Shown here piece after piece: positions 1 to 25,568 of a stretch of 64,000 bases of DNA. Numbering within the stretch: position 1 is the first letter of the stretch; every line of letters begins with the position of its first letter. The notes under the pieces were generated by a model that worked only from the letters and a program-made list of their open reading frames with translations, ran no database searches and was not told the origin of the DNA. This DNA comes from Bugula neritina (lineage: Eukaryota; Animalia; Bryozoa). The position numbers and the translations under genes were made by a program. The stretch is taken from assembly GCA_964035545.1 (NCBI GenBank), contig OZ037769.1, forward strand, positions 7,297,929 through 7,361,928. The letters run 5' to 3'.

Positions 1-1594
1 AAACCATCATAATTTTATTAAGGCAGCATTTGCTTACAACTTAACATGCTATCAGTTATTCATACTATGTGAATAAACATAAGTACATTATATCCACAAC
101 ACAGTATAGAGAGAAGAACATTAAGTCCAATAGCAAAAATTTGAGTTATTATATGTCAGCTAATCAACATTTTACTATAACTTCAAAATATATTTTTAGA
201 ATATAGCTGCCACAGCAGCACACTTTCAATAACATTGTGGTTTGATTGCTCTTGTCAAATGTAAATCTTTACAGCCAGCTTTTGTTAGTAACCCGCACAG
301 TACTTGTAGGAAGAGTAAAAGATATTTATTGGGAAACTTTCAAGAGATGTGTTAATACCTTATCTAAAATCTTAAGCATTGGTACACTGTGTATAGTACA
401 GGACAGTTTTTGACTGATCTGCTAACAGGTTGTATAATATAAACATCTAGTTGGATGTTTTGAAGCTTATAATAGCCGCATGAAAAATATTGTGTCCTTT
501 CTTGAGCACTATCAAACATTTTTCAAACAAGTATTTAAAATGGTCTGCAATGGAGAATTATAAATACTAAAAGTGTGAAAAATCAATAATTATCATTGAA
601 CTGTTTGTTAATGTTATAATATAATACATATATTGAAACACAGTTGAATTGGTTTTGTGATTAAAAGGATATGATGAGAGTAAGTAGTAAAGAGTCTTGG
701 TGCTAAAAAAGTTATAAGTATAAAAGTAATTTACTGAGTCATACCCATAAATTATACTTTAGTCTTTGACAATTTACGTATGCCTTCAGATGTTAAAATC
801 AGCTTATGGTTTAATAAGATATTCAACTGTGAAGTTTATATTTTATACAATTTCAACGAAATCAGTCCACCGCATTATACATATTATCTTTGTATATTAG
901 TTTTCAACACTATTTTATACAAAGCTGTACGAGAAAACTAAAATTATCATGCAACACCAAACTCTCGTCATAATTAAGAAAGATTATTGCTCTTTCAAAT
1001 CTAGAAGGTAACTAGAATAAGTAAGCCAGCGAGTGCTGTTTGCAGCAGCATATCTTCACCTCAAGTCGGAGAATATAGCATGTGAAACTCACCATCCTGT
1101 GTGCTACTATAGTATTTATGAAAGAAGGAACTACATTTGAATGAGAAGATTATTAATCCTGTTATTAACTACAATTCCGCATCGTATAACTGTATTGTCA
1201 TGGCGGTCTCAGTGGTACAGTTATTGTAGCTGCTGTTCTAACATATATGTTTGTTTATGCATTTGTAGAGCTCACAGATGATATAATGAACTTGTTTTTC
1301 CATTTCTTGACCTATTTCATAGAGGAAGTCCTCTGTTCATATTCAGCTTACACTAATCTGCTGGATTTTGCAATATTTGGCAATTACACTGAATTCTTAA
1401 TTTATAATTTTCTAACTTCCTGTAAAAGCATCACCGAGTTTTACATCCGACGAATAACCTTTAATTGTTTTTTTCAATTACCATTTTGATAAAATTTAGA
1501 ACTTTGCTTTAAGAGTTTTATATTCACCAGTTTCCGGCTCTTATTATGTTGCAATGTTTCTCCGGACTATGCCTAGTAAATTTTATAGACATGT

Positions 1595-1900
1595 CTGTCA
1601 CCTACATAGTCATGCACATTAGGACCACATATTAGGTCCACCTACATGGTCTTACATATTAGGACCACCTATATGGTCTTATATATTACAGGACTACCTA
1701 CATGGTCTTATATATTACAGGACCACCTACATGGTCTTATATATTAGGACCAGCTACATGGTCTTATATATTAGGACCAGCTACATGGTCTTATATATTA
1801 GGACTACCTACATGATCTTATATATTACAGGACCACCTACATGGTCTTATATATTAGGTCCACCTATACATGGTATTGTATATTAAAGCCACCTACATAA
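1595..1900. repeat. 28-30 bp minisatellite GGACCACCTACATGGTCTTATATATTA(CA)
   Basis: About 10 visible tandem copies. Confidence 0.9.
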
Positions 1901-2924
1901 TTATTATTATTGGGATTGCTTATATGAATGCATTGAAAAAAAAGGAATTTGTTAAGCAATATTTCATTTATAATATAGATAGCTTGAAACAGGATCGACA
2001 GTAATAATTCAAGTGTCTTAGCATTAGGTATCAAAGCTGGCTATTTCAAAACTAATAACAGTAGAACTATATTGTAAGGACATTACAGGAGTTGGGAAAG
2101 CTTTTCCCTAAGTCATTATAGCTTTTCATGTATCATCACAGCTATGCCAGCTATATTATGCCTTTTCCACACTCATTATTGCTACTACACAGTAGCTAAC
2201 CTTTTTGACTGGTATAAAAACCCAGCATTTTCACTTATCTTTACACTTGCGTCTTGCAACTTTTCACTTGCAACTACACTTATGATACAACGGTTTTCAC
2301 CTTGCTACTTTCTTTCAGTCTGCGACAATAAATATTTCTACACATTAAAACACAACATATATTGCCACTTTCAACATATAAAATACAACCTTTCAACTGC
2401 AAAATACAATATATTCTTGTTACATGATGACTGCAAAGTAAAGCTAAACATATATAATGTTTAGCTTACCATTATACTCTCATAGGTTTTATAAACATGT
2501 AATATTAAAAAAAACTTTACGTTGTATTTAATTACTTCTAACAATGTTCTGCAAACATTACAGAGCCTATAGCCTATATTATTCTTAAAAAATTATGAAG
2601 CATAGAGAAAATAGGACAGTGGTTTGATTATGCCTATTTTATGTTAGTATAACACCACGTTTTGAAGTGCTAGTCAATACAATGATAATTTATCACTTTA
2701 CTTTGCAATATCTTCATGCAGCAGAATAACTGCTGGCAATCACCAGGTTGTAATACTATAGTATATACAATTTAATCAGTCTTTAATCTTCCCACTCATC
2801 TGCTCAATAAATGTAGATTTCTAATTGGGTTTACATTTATTTACTCAACGTTTAGGTTGAAAGCTATTCAAAGGTGAGATAACTTCATATTATAATTTAT
2901 AACTAACTGTATATTCTATAAAAC

Positions 2925-3126
2925 TCATGCAAGTTTATAGTCACTATCTTTGTGAAAACCCTGATGGAAAAGGTTTTTTAAAGCGGGCTAAGGGCTTATG
3001 CATATGTGTCACAGGAGCAATTATGACCGGATGCTCTTTCTGACATCACTGCTGGTGTCTGGACTCAAACCACTGAACTCATGTTTACTAGGCAAACACT
3101 CTAACCACTAAACTGTGGCTGCTCCC
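2925..3126 (-). mobile_element. tRNA-derived SINE copy
   Basis: Same body (CACAGGAGCAATTATGAC.GGATGCTCTT) and head (GGCTGCTCCC) as the other copies. Confidence 0.8.
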
Positions 3127-4127
3127 TTACTATATTCTAAATAGTATATATTTATTCATAAGACTTTCGATAGCTTTTCAATTTGATAGATTCAATATCA
3201 GTAAGAGATTTTACTGACTGGTCACACTTTGCGAATTAAATCAGTAATTTCTAAACTTTTTGATAATTATCATAGTTTTGACACACAACCCATTCAAATG
3301 GGTCTGCTGCACACCCAGCAAGTTGTGGTAGCAGACTAAATAAACTAGCGTTTCTTAAACTAAGCAAACTTGTCCTTTGACTTTTAAGGCATAATTACTG
3401 CAAATAAAAGATACAATATTATCTCTATGGCCTTATTAGTGCAGGCAATAACCTTGAAAATGAATTTTTACTGATGTCATTGACTAACCCCAACGTAATA
3501 CTTAGCGCAATATTGATAAAACTTTTTCTTGATAAAATAACAATTAAACTTTTTCATCTAAAAGAATTCAGAGCAATAGTCTAATAACAGTATTATAACA
3601 TACCATTATTGGTGTAGGGGGAGAGAAAATAACAGTTAAAATATAGTTAATAAAATATAACGTATGTTAATGAGGCCAAGAGTTATCATATAACAGCTGG
3701 TGACTGACAATAAAAGTTTTAAGTTTATGAGGTAAATAGCTCAGCAATGAAAGCTTAATTGGTATAATTTATGCGTACCTTCTAAAAAAACCAGGCTAAC
3801 TAATATGTTGCTGATATACTTCACCAGCTATATAAAAATATCATGTTCTACATCAACAGTTATTTGGCAAAGCAAACCTACATTCGAATATCCTATAAGA
3901 ATACATTTTCTCATAATCAGGTGGCAAAAATTGTACATAATAAATAACATGCATGCTAGGCCAGCTAATAATTTTTAATATTATTGTCCAATCAAAGAGT
4001 ATTTTAGTAATGATTGCAACAAGTGACAAACCTCAGTAGTAGAAGATAAAAAAATAATTATCTATTGCATATTGTGCATCCAAAGTCATGGTGCCATATT
4101 TTACTAATCACAAAACCTTGCAATTTT

Positions 4128-14605
<10,478 letters not shown>

Positions 14606-14764
14606 TGTTCTTTCCCAGAATTAAATACTAGTCATTTCATAAACAGCGAGTGCATGATAAATTCTTTATATTCATATTAATTTTAATATTTCCTATTAAT
14701 AGCCATGTGTGCACAGATGAAAATATAATTTACTTTACTGCAGGCAAGAGGAGCTATGGTGTGG

Positions 14765-15125
14765 TAGAACTCTTAACTGTTGTAATGTAGAACTTTTACA
14801 ATGTAGAATTTCTGTAACCCAGAGCTGTTGACATATATAACTGTTGTAATGTAGCACTTCTGTAACGTAGAACTCTTGTAGTGTAGAACTGTTGTAGTGT
14901 AGACCTGTTGAAATGTAGAACTGTAGCACTGTAGAGCTTCTGTGATGTAGAACTGTTGTAATGTACAACTGTTGTGATGTAAAACTTTTATAACGTAGAG
15001 CTGTTCCAGGGTAGAACTTCTGTAATGTTGCACTATTGAGATTATAGAACTGCTGTGATGTAACACTGGTACAATATAAAACTCTTCTAACAAAGAACTG
15101 CTGTGATGTTGAACTGCTACAGACT
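14765..15125. repeat. Degenerate 15-bp minisatellite (CTGTTGTAATGTAGAA-like) upstream of the ADAM start codon
   Basis: Periodic repeats; source of spurious ORFs 14735 and 14773. Confidence 0.85.
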
Positions 15126-18100
15126 GAGTGAAGGTCACTCAGAGGTGAGAGCATAGATAACAACTAGTGATACAACTAATTATAATACAACATACAGTGG
15201 CTACTCTCAGCTTGTAGCTTGCTCTCCAATCACCTCTCCAGTTTCAACAAAACCATTGACATCCATTGTATGGTGTAGTCTGTACAGCATAAAGGTATAC
15301 GTGAATGTAGCAGAAGTAATAAGAGTCAATAGCATATAGTATGTCAATAACACGTATCATATACAACCAGAAAGGTTAACCTACTGGCATTAAATTAAAT
15401 CGTACACTGGATTCAAGCAGCAGTGTTCACAATGAGCTTGTATGATGAATGAGTAGTCACAGTTTGTGTAGTCCAAGGTCACAGTTTAATACATCTGTCA
15501 ACTATAACAAGGATATCCCAACTACTTTTTGTATCTGATAACACCAGGTTTTGTTCCCTTATTACAAACAAATAATGTAATATCAACTGATAAACTGAAG
15601 TGCCTGTAAGTATTACCATAAACACTGTTACTCATAAAATACACAAGTCATTTATGTTTTTTTTAATTATTAGTTTGTGTTGGTATACTAATATTTGTAT
15701 TTGTTTTTATAATTGATACCGGAATGTTGAGGGCCATTTAAAAACAAACAATGTTCATCAATCAATTGAGAGCTATTTCAACACAGTTTTTATGAAACTA
15801 TAGCTGTGAGTATTGGAATTTGTGCTAATTTATTAGTGGTAGTTTCTTGCTGGTCAGGTTTTTTCTATTCTAACCCATAATCCTATTAGAGTGATGAGCA
15901 TCAAAATATGACAATCACTACGTTTGTTATCGCATTATGTGAATAGATTTTTTCATTGGCTAATGGAAATAGTTACATCGAATGAAACCGCAACTATGCA
16001 AACCACAAACCACAATTAATCCGTAGGCATCCATTCGAATAATGCTGCCCAGTCATGGAAACGCAGTGATGCAGTCAAACCAATGCAATTGAATAACAGC
16101 AACTTGTCAAGGCAGAAAAATGGTTTATAAATGGGAATTTTGACATACATGCCTCATCAACTTCATAGATGATCAAATAACATGTGATTAACTGCTATAT
16201 ATAAAATAGACATATCATCTAAATGCTCATGTTCATATAGTAATATAACAAGACATAGATGGCACAGGTTTGAAAAATTTTGAGAAGATACTTTTCTGTG
16301 TTGCTTTTTTGCTAGAGTTGTTTTGTCATATCCTTTTATGTCGCACTAACAATTCAGACTAATTGGCAGTGTATTTATAGTATAGCATAGAAATGAAAGT
16401 GAGCATTCAATTTTTAGAAATTGAATGTTATTTTACTAATTATTAGAAATATTATATAATTAAGATAATACAAGTACTTTCAAATTTATATCATTATAAA
16501 GAAAAATAATCATGATCATGTATCTTATGTTCATATTATAAGAATTCCTTTGAACAGGTGTATAGCAGCCTGTTTATATACTTTTACAAAGAAAAACTAA
16601 GTTTTCCTATGAAGGAATGTTTTCCATGTTAATGAATGGATGCAAGAGGCACCATCTACATGTGCCCATACCCATAGGTACTCTGTGACTAAAGTAGCCA
16701 TGCATCAGGCTGTGAGATCGGCTATGACATTTGCAGTCATAAGCCATATGCCAGCTGCAAGCTTCGAAATAATTATTATTTCACAAACAGCTAGCATGAA
16801 TAGATAATAATGAAAGTACTATAACAAAACCTGCTCATCACTGCATGTGTATTCGTAGGCTTCATAATATTCTTTCATATCCAAAATGCTTGCATCTTAA
16901 CTCTTTTTTCCATGTACACAATACCATAAAAATAACCATTAAAATTGATGATTTTTGTAGCGAGTATATTAGAATATATTTTACGAATTTTTTCAACACT
17001 TACTATATATTTATTGTTACCCAAGTACAAAATAGCTGTACCTGAGACTATCTAGGACAAGTAACCTGCAATGTCTGGTGAGCCAACTGCGCCATAGATA
17101 ATGCATACCTGTATATCAAAACTGCTACTGAGCTACACCTGGTACTATACAGTATATATATTTATAATTTAAGTCGTATATTGAAAAACAAAGCGAAATA
17201 TATATTATACATAATTTATTTCCATTAGCTTTTATTATATAACTTAAATTATAAATGTATTATATTTATAATGCAAGAAACATGATGATTGAGAAAGTTC
17301 ATAACAAATCTAGATTCCAATAATAAATATAAACGCATAGATGGTTTATTCAACACTTTATACTCAGTTGGTGATAATTTTCTTAAATATTTCTTATTCA
17401 AATGTTTATATAGACACATCTTATACAATAAACTGGGACCACAGAAGGAGTTACTCTCTCCTTGACCATTAGTTTTGCAAGATTTAATGCAATGCATATT
17501 ATATAAAGAAGTTATAATACTATAAACTAAAAGTACATACAATATACAGAATATTTCATCTGCATATATGCAATATATTGTTATGATATTATGTGTTTTG
17601 TATTTATTACTAATAATGAAGTAACGTTACTATAGATTTACAAGAAACTATGGGACCTAGAACATAAGTTAGAGCTGTCCAAAGCTACTGATGATAATTA
17701 CTTTGAAATCCTTTATTCTGAAGCTATTCTACACTATCATGCAAGCTAATCCTTTATAAAAGGTTACTGTATAATTATTCACTGGAAATACTATACTAAG
17801 AAAGACTCGCGGCAACTTAAGGTATATTCTATTTTATGATTACCTTATGTTACATATATATTATATACTATAATATTATTTAATTTTGCTTTCATATTTG
17901 TATGTGTCTAAGAAGTGGACATTATTTTTAAAAACCATTTTTATAGACAAGAATTCACAGCAATCTACATTAGTACTTGAGAAATTATTCTTATAAGCCA
18001 TAATTAGGCGTGTTCGTTCTGTGTTTTTGAAGAATCTTATTCTGTTTGATATTTTAAAGTATATATAGTATATATACTTAGCCTTTAGTAAGTTGGTGCA

Positions 18101-19063
18101 TGTGTTTATTGAACGTGACTTATGGCAAAAAGTTAAACTCAAATTCACTAAATATAGCTGCCGTGGTCTAGGGGTCAAAGTGTTTGGCTGAGCAGCAGGG
18201 TTGGAACCTCAGTAAAGGCCATTGGTGATGTTAGGAAGAGCATCCATGCAGTCATAAGTGCTACTGTGCCAATAATCATGTTTTATAATCATAAAATGGA
18301 GCACATTGATGAAATTCAATAGGCCTATTTGGTAAATCAAGTAGAGCAGGAAAGTAGGTTGTAACTCTCATTGAACCCAATGGCCATAAGCTAGCCTGCA
18401 AACTAATGAATCTTGCATAAAGGGGATCTATAAATAGACCCTCTAGAGTCTAGTGCTTGTGCTGAGAATTAGTTGAAGTTTAATAATGAATTTGTAGGCC
18501 ATAATTTGTTATATTTTACTAATCATCAAAACTTACATAGAAAGTTCATATTATAGACTATAAAATAAGAATTTCAAGTATGTAAAGAATAAGAATGCAT
18601 GAATTATGTGACATCATACATACTTCATTCTTAGAGCATTGCAGTAGAAAACTCAAAGTTGAAGAACAATTAATCTGGTGAGTGAGAACTCCTTGTATAG
18701 AGCTTTGATGACTGGGTGCCTCTTACTCATTTAAGAGCAGCAGTGGAGAAATTGAGATAGCCTGAGTTCTTTAACTTTAGTGTTAAATTATGGTTTGGGT
18801 CGCAGGTCAAAATTCAGGAGCATACCTTCTTATGCTATACTTCTAATCTAGACCACAGACTTTTCTCAATTTCTTCGTTGCTGCACCTACCTTCTCCTAC
18901 TGAGAAATTAATTATGTCGGATGCATAGCATTTGATCTTTTAATGAATAGCAATACTGATCATCTTTGACATCTTGGCTTAATCTATGCATTAGCCAGTG
19001 TTTTCTAAACTGAGCAAAATTTTGAACATCTCATTATATAATCGGGCCTAAAATCAGGCATGC

Positions 19064-19262
19064 TTATAGTCGCTATCCCTGTGAAAAACCCCTGATGAAA
19101 AGGGTTTTGTTAGAACGGGCTAAGGACTTGTTTAGATGTGGCACAGGAGCAATTATGACTGAATGCTCTTCCTAACATCACCAACGACCTTTGTCGAGGT
19201 TCGAACCCATGACTCCGTGTTCACAAAGCAAACGTTTTAACCCCTAGACCACGGCTGCTCCC
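19064..19262 (-). mobile_element. tRNA-derived SINE
   Basis: The minus strand starts GGGAGCAGCCGTGGTCTAGGGG (A box), has B box GGTTCGAACC (19198-19207), then the conserved body GTTAGGAAGAGCATTCAGTCATAATTGCTCCTGTGCC. Several copies occur in the window. Confidence 0.85.
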
Positions 19263-20011
19263 TTAATCATGCCTAGCTGCGACTTAATTGTAGTTAGTTT
19301 TTATCCAAACTAATATAACCAAAAGAGATTCAAATAAATCCATGTGCAATTTAAGTTAACTTGCTGTTGATTGCCAGTACTAAAAAGTATGTAATAAATA
19401 ATTAAAACCTTTAATAATTATAAAATTTAGAGTCAAAAGCATTTTGTTTTTAGCACAATGCACATGCCACGTGGCCTTTAAACTTTTGAGCTCAGGCAGA
19501 TGATATTGAGCAAGCAATTCCCATATAGTTGTGATAAGTGTAAATAAGTTATTTCTACTATTATAGAGCAAGTGATGTGTTAATCGTAACAAAATTAATA
19601 TGTATACACCAGTTGACGAAATAATTAAATATTTTGTTTAAACACCATCTTTTAAGTTGACACATTAATTTGATATAAAATAAGTATACTCTGAAGAGGC
19701 CCCTCACAACTATTTAAATAGGCATCATAGCACAGCATGAGACATGGCAACTGTCAATATCTTCTGTAAAATTCAGCTTAGCGTTTTGTTCTGGCCTAGT
19801 AAAGCAACTAATGCATTATACAGTATATTGAGTAGATAAATATTTATGGAGCTGTGTTGTATATATTTGTATATAGTTATACGTTATACAGTATATTACA
19901 GTATATTAAGCAGTGAAATATGCACAGAGCTGTAGTATATAGATATATTATGTTTTACAGAGAGATTACAACTTCTATATCTGAGTGTTGAAGAATCCTG
20001 CAGGCAGGAAC

Positions 20012-21022
<1,011 letters not shown>

Positions 21023-21844
21023 AGTGAAAAGCTGAAAAGGTTCCCCTTTGTTGAAATACAACTAGGGATAACTTTATTGTATTTTTTCAGTAAATATTGT
21101 CAATGCTTGCTTAAGCATAGAATATCTAAATGCAATCAATTTCAACTGTAGACTTTCCAATAAATTTGAAAAAATAAACCAGACATTTAGTGGCATGTGT
21201 AATGTAGATTGAAGTTTAGCAGAGGAATAGTTTAATAGATTTGAAACTAAATATCTCGTTTTGAAACGAGTTGGCAGAGCAAAACAATTTAAATAAAGTT
21301 GCCATTTAACCAATCATGTAACTGTGTGCGACTGCATGAATGAACGTGCACATCTATTATTAACTTACTTTCACTATGTTCCCATGCTTTGAACTGGATG
21401 CTCACACGTATGGATTTGCAGTTTCGGTTGTGTTATGGTTTCATTCCATTGATAATGTCCCCATGCATCGAATGAAAAATCCATTTCCATAACTTGAAGC
21501 ATGGGGACTTGGTGATTATTATTGTCTAACGAGCAAATGCTTCAAGTGAACTCAATAAATACAAAAGCACTTTTTCTCCTCAAATATGTAAAAATATATT
21601 TCACAAAACAAAACTTGTATAAAACATTGCAAGCACTAAAATAAGAAAGCAAATTCATCATTAAATCATATACTGCATTTCAAAATATTCAAGCCACATT
21701 ATATTATCAGTATTATCATAAATTAAACTATATATAATACACTAAAATGATAAAACATCGAAGTTGAATGACAAAACATTATCCTATATGCCTATTCGAA
21801 ATGTGTCATGCAAATTTGAAATCCAGAAGTAGTGATACTGATGT

Positions 21845-24800
21845 TCACAAACAGCTTGACTGTGTTGATGGGGGACTCACTTGGCCTGCACAGTATGCGG
21901 TGTGGAAGCCTGTGTTTGTATAGTTGGGGATGGAATTGAGCTGAATCAGCGTGCCTTTAGAGCTCAGGTACTGATTATATGCATTCAAGATAAACCTATT
22001 AGTTGGGTAGAGGTCCTGTTTCTCCAGCTCAGATAACTGTTAACAGTAAAGATATTACATGATGAACAGCATAGATTTAATACATTGCTACAGTGAATAT
22101 AATATATTACAGCAATATAATATTACAGTGAATATAATATATTAAAGTAGACATAATATTATAATTAATTCAACATTACATTTGAACTAAAGGGTTGTAG
22201 TTTATTGCACCAGAAAAAGATGCCCGTGGTATAACAAGACATGAGTTTTCTATAAACACACCATGCAAGGTTAATAATACATCAATGATCCTTAGACTAG
22301 TTTAGTCTCCCTACACATTAAATATATCTGACAATACAACATGATATGTTGGTCAAATCGGCAAGTCTTAAGCTTTCTAAAGGGATAAAACAATTTGGAA
22401 CAAAAAAATACACTTCACCATCAATACTAAACCTAAAACAGCTAAATTTATCAAATATACATAACAAAAGAGTATACCATCTCTAAAGTAACACAAGCAA
22501 TGCTAGTTATCGCCATAAAAAGTTAAAAACTTGCCTTAATCCAGGCGCATTTAGATATTTCCTGATCACATTTCTTGATAACGTTAGACTCTGCCTTCAT
22601 GAGACATGAGAAGTAGAAGTCTGAGCAGCCGTATCTAAACCCGTGCATGTGACGGAACGCAAGGATACCGACGAACTTAGACTTTATTCCTGTTTCCTCA
22701 AACACTTCCCGTTGAGCGGTTTCTGCAATGTGCTCCCCTATAATGATCACATAGCATAAGAATTGGGCTAATAATTATATTTATACAACATACATATAGT
22801 ACAGGATGCATAAACTCATCAAATATTGGCAAAAAACAGCTATTAGCAACATTTAGTAAGTCATAATAATTAAAATAACACCAATTTGCCAAAAAAAGAT
22901 TTTTGGAATTTGTGTATAAATTCTAAATCACTATTACAGTTATCATTTCAATGCAAATAAATTCTTTTCAGTTAAAGCTTGGCTTAAAAAATGATTAATA
23001 TTTGTTTGACTGAACTCAATAAAATCTAGCCAATTCTTATAAATCAGGCAAATCCAATATACTCTGCAACATTTGAATGAAAATAAGCAACTCAAATAAT
23101 AAAACTAGCTCAACCTGTATCAGCGCCACCTCCCGGAAACTTCCATACCATTTTACCAGATGTGAACCGTTCTTGAATCACCAGGACTTCATCATGTTCA
23201 TTCACAACAAACCCAGAAACTCCTGTGAAATGCAACACAAGTCTAAAATATGGTATTGTGACTATGGCATGGTGGGCCTTAGTTAGTCAATAATTTGTGA
23301 TATACAGTAATATACTCAGTGTATTTATTTGAATATTTCAGCATTTATAACGCATCATTTTACTATATATTTTCTTACAAAATATAAAACATTTAGCAAA
23401 AGAGCTTTTTATACTACTTCATACGTTTGTAACATTGCTATAAATTTTAAAACTTGGTTGAGAAAAAATAGATAGATTTTGTAATAATAAACATCTATTA
23501 AAATTCGAAAGTTTCAATGGTACAGATAGAAAACAGCAAAAATAATACAATAAATGTCTTTATTAAAAGTTGATACTTAATTGTTTAGCTTCAGTCATGA
23601 AGTTTAAGAGAAATAGATATATACAGTGTTCCCTCCATATCTCACGGATCCATTTCCCACAAAATTCTATAGATCACAAAAAGGACTTCGGGCCCCTGTT
23701 TTGTGGCTTATGTATATGCGCTTACGGACAGAATGGCTAAATTTACAGATCCATGAGTTAACTATGGTATTCTGCTATGTCATGAATTGAGGTTTCAGAA
23801 CCCACAGCTCAGTGAGATACAGGGGAAGCACTGTATAATTAAATAAGAGTGACAACAGGACAAACAGGGTATCCTGAGACACTCACCTACGTAGTGGTTG
23901 GCATATGCAGGGAAGTTATTCGTGTCTGTCTCACTCAGCCACCTCAACATGAGTACATATCCAGGATTAGCGTGATGGAAGTCAAATCCCAGCTGTTACA
24001 GGAGTTTATCATTAGTTAATCATAATTATATAACAGCAAATCAATATGAATTATATATTGCATAGTTTAATATAGTGCAATATAGTATATATTGTATTGT
24101 ATAATATAGTATAATGTAGCACATATTTTGTGGTATAATATCGCAATTCGAATATATTGCATAGTACAACATATGATAAGTTGTATGGTATAATATAGTG
24201 CAACATGGCAATGTGTGTGTGTGTGCGCGCGCGCGTGCGTGTGTATTGTACAGTATAATATAATGTATACAACTATACAATAGCATATATACTTAGATAT
24301 TTACATATTTACCTATGTACTGTATATATATACAATATATTTACTTGCATCAATACTTGGCTACGTATTTACCCAGAGTTTGAATCTAACCAGAAGTGTG
24401 GGAAGATGTTTGTGTAACACTGTCCAAAACCATGTTTAACACAACGTGTACAACCTGCTGACCTATGCTAAAATTTGTTTAAAAACTGATACTTTATAGT
24501 AACAACATACTAACATCTAAAAGTGTAGGTATTCTGTGCGATAGGGAAGATGGAATGAATGTTGTGACAGCGCGAACTCCGTCGCTCTTCCATGAGTCAA
24601 TAGACCCTAAAGTATAGACATACAGACGTTCTTCTAGTGAGCCAAACAAATCAGACGAAAAATGTTCATCATTTTACTACCGGTCTCTTTGCTATATAGC
24701 TAGCAAATACTAACGTGTCACTTGGCTTAACGATTCTCAATAAAAATTTGGTTACTAGGTAACAAAAGACAAGATGCTCAATTGGTTACCATGTGTCAGT

Positions 24801-25568
24801 TTCATAAAGCTGAGTCTATACAAGTAAAGATGTTTCAAGTAATATTGCAGATGTAGTGAAAAAAAACTTTTGATCTTTGCTAAAGGAATTAAACATTGAT
24901 AACTTTAAAGGCCAGCACAGAACAAAAGTAGTGGAAGGTCAAAAAGGGTTACAAAATTTAAATATTTATATTGCTTATGAGACTTGAGTTTGTTTGACAG
25001 TAAACATTAGGATGTGTAAAAGTTAGATAAAAAGATTCAACTAGAGATTAAAAAGCTGGTGTTGCTAGAACCTTGGAATGTATACAATTAGAACTGACTT
25101 GTCATCTTCTCCTTAAACTGATCGTCTGCACAAACATGGCAATCTTTTCCCAGGTCCAAGACTACACACTTGAACCTAAACATAGCAAACATCTTGCTAC
25201 TACTAATTTATTGAGAGTGGCTGATTTACAGGCAAGAGTTAAATGTGAGGTAGGTGCAGTAATTGAGGAAAGCCCCGAACCAAAATTCAATAAAAAAACT
25301 AAAAAACTTGGGCTATCTCAATTTTTCCACACTTATACACAAAATATTTTGTCACTTTATGGCACCAGTAAACTAGTTAACTCTACAAAAAATTACATAA
25401 TTACCGGTCTTGCTTCTCTACAAATACTGCACTAGTACTAGAAGCATTTTCATCCATCTGTGTGCTGAATCTTGCACTTGGAATACTTGTGGTGAGTTGG
25501 CTGGGTTGATTTATCAGCTTCAAACTTTTAGAGAGGTGTTTACACACACTCCACACTTTTTTTAGCAT
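21845..25568 (-). CDS. NUDT6: Nudix hydrolase NUDT6 (nucleoside diphosphate-linked moiety X motif 6), 313 aa, 7 coding exons
   Basis: Exons 25568-25405, 25175-25099, 24606-24515, 23992-23887, 23222-23115, 22737-22535, 22036-21845 (942 nt). Basic, Ser-rich mitochondrial-type N-terminus; pre-Nudix motif LGFDFHHA...FPAYANHYVGV; Nudix box GGADTGEHIAETAQREVFEETGI; FRHMHGFRYGCSDFYF. The last intron is GC-AG. Confidence 0.92.
23624..23833. mobile_element. Tigger/pogo-like MITE in NUDT6 intron
   Basis: Imperfect TIRs CAGTGTTCCCTCCATATCTCAC / GTGAGATACAGGGGAAGCACTG, flanked by TA. Confidence 0.7.

Noticed and set aside
1190-1225. CTTETAM resembling the LINE RT STETAL motif
   Set aside because: No flanking RT motifs in any frame examined.
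19090-19110. CTGATGA in the SINE tail as a possible hammerhead core
   Set aside because: No correctly placed stem II, GAAA or UH, and sister copies have CTGATGG or CTGTTGG.
19180-19262. tRNA gene-like sequence with A and B boxes
   Set aside because: No convincing acceptor stem, and it is always fused to the same repeat body, so it is a SINE head.
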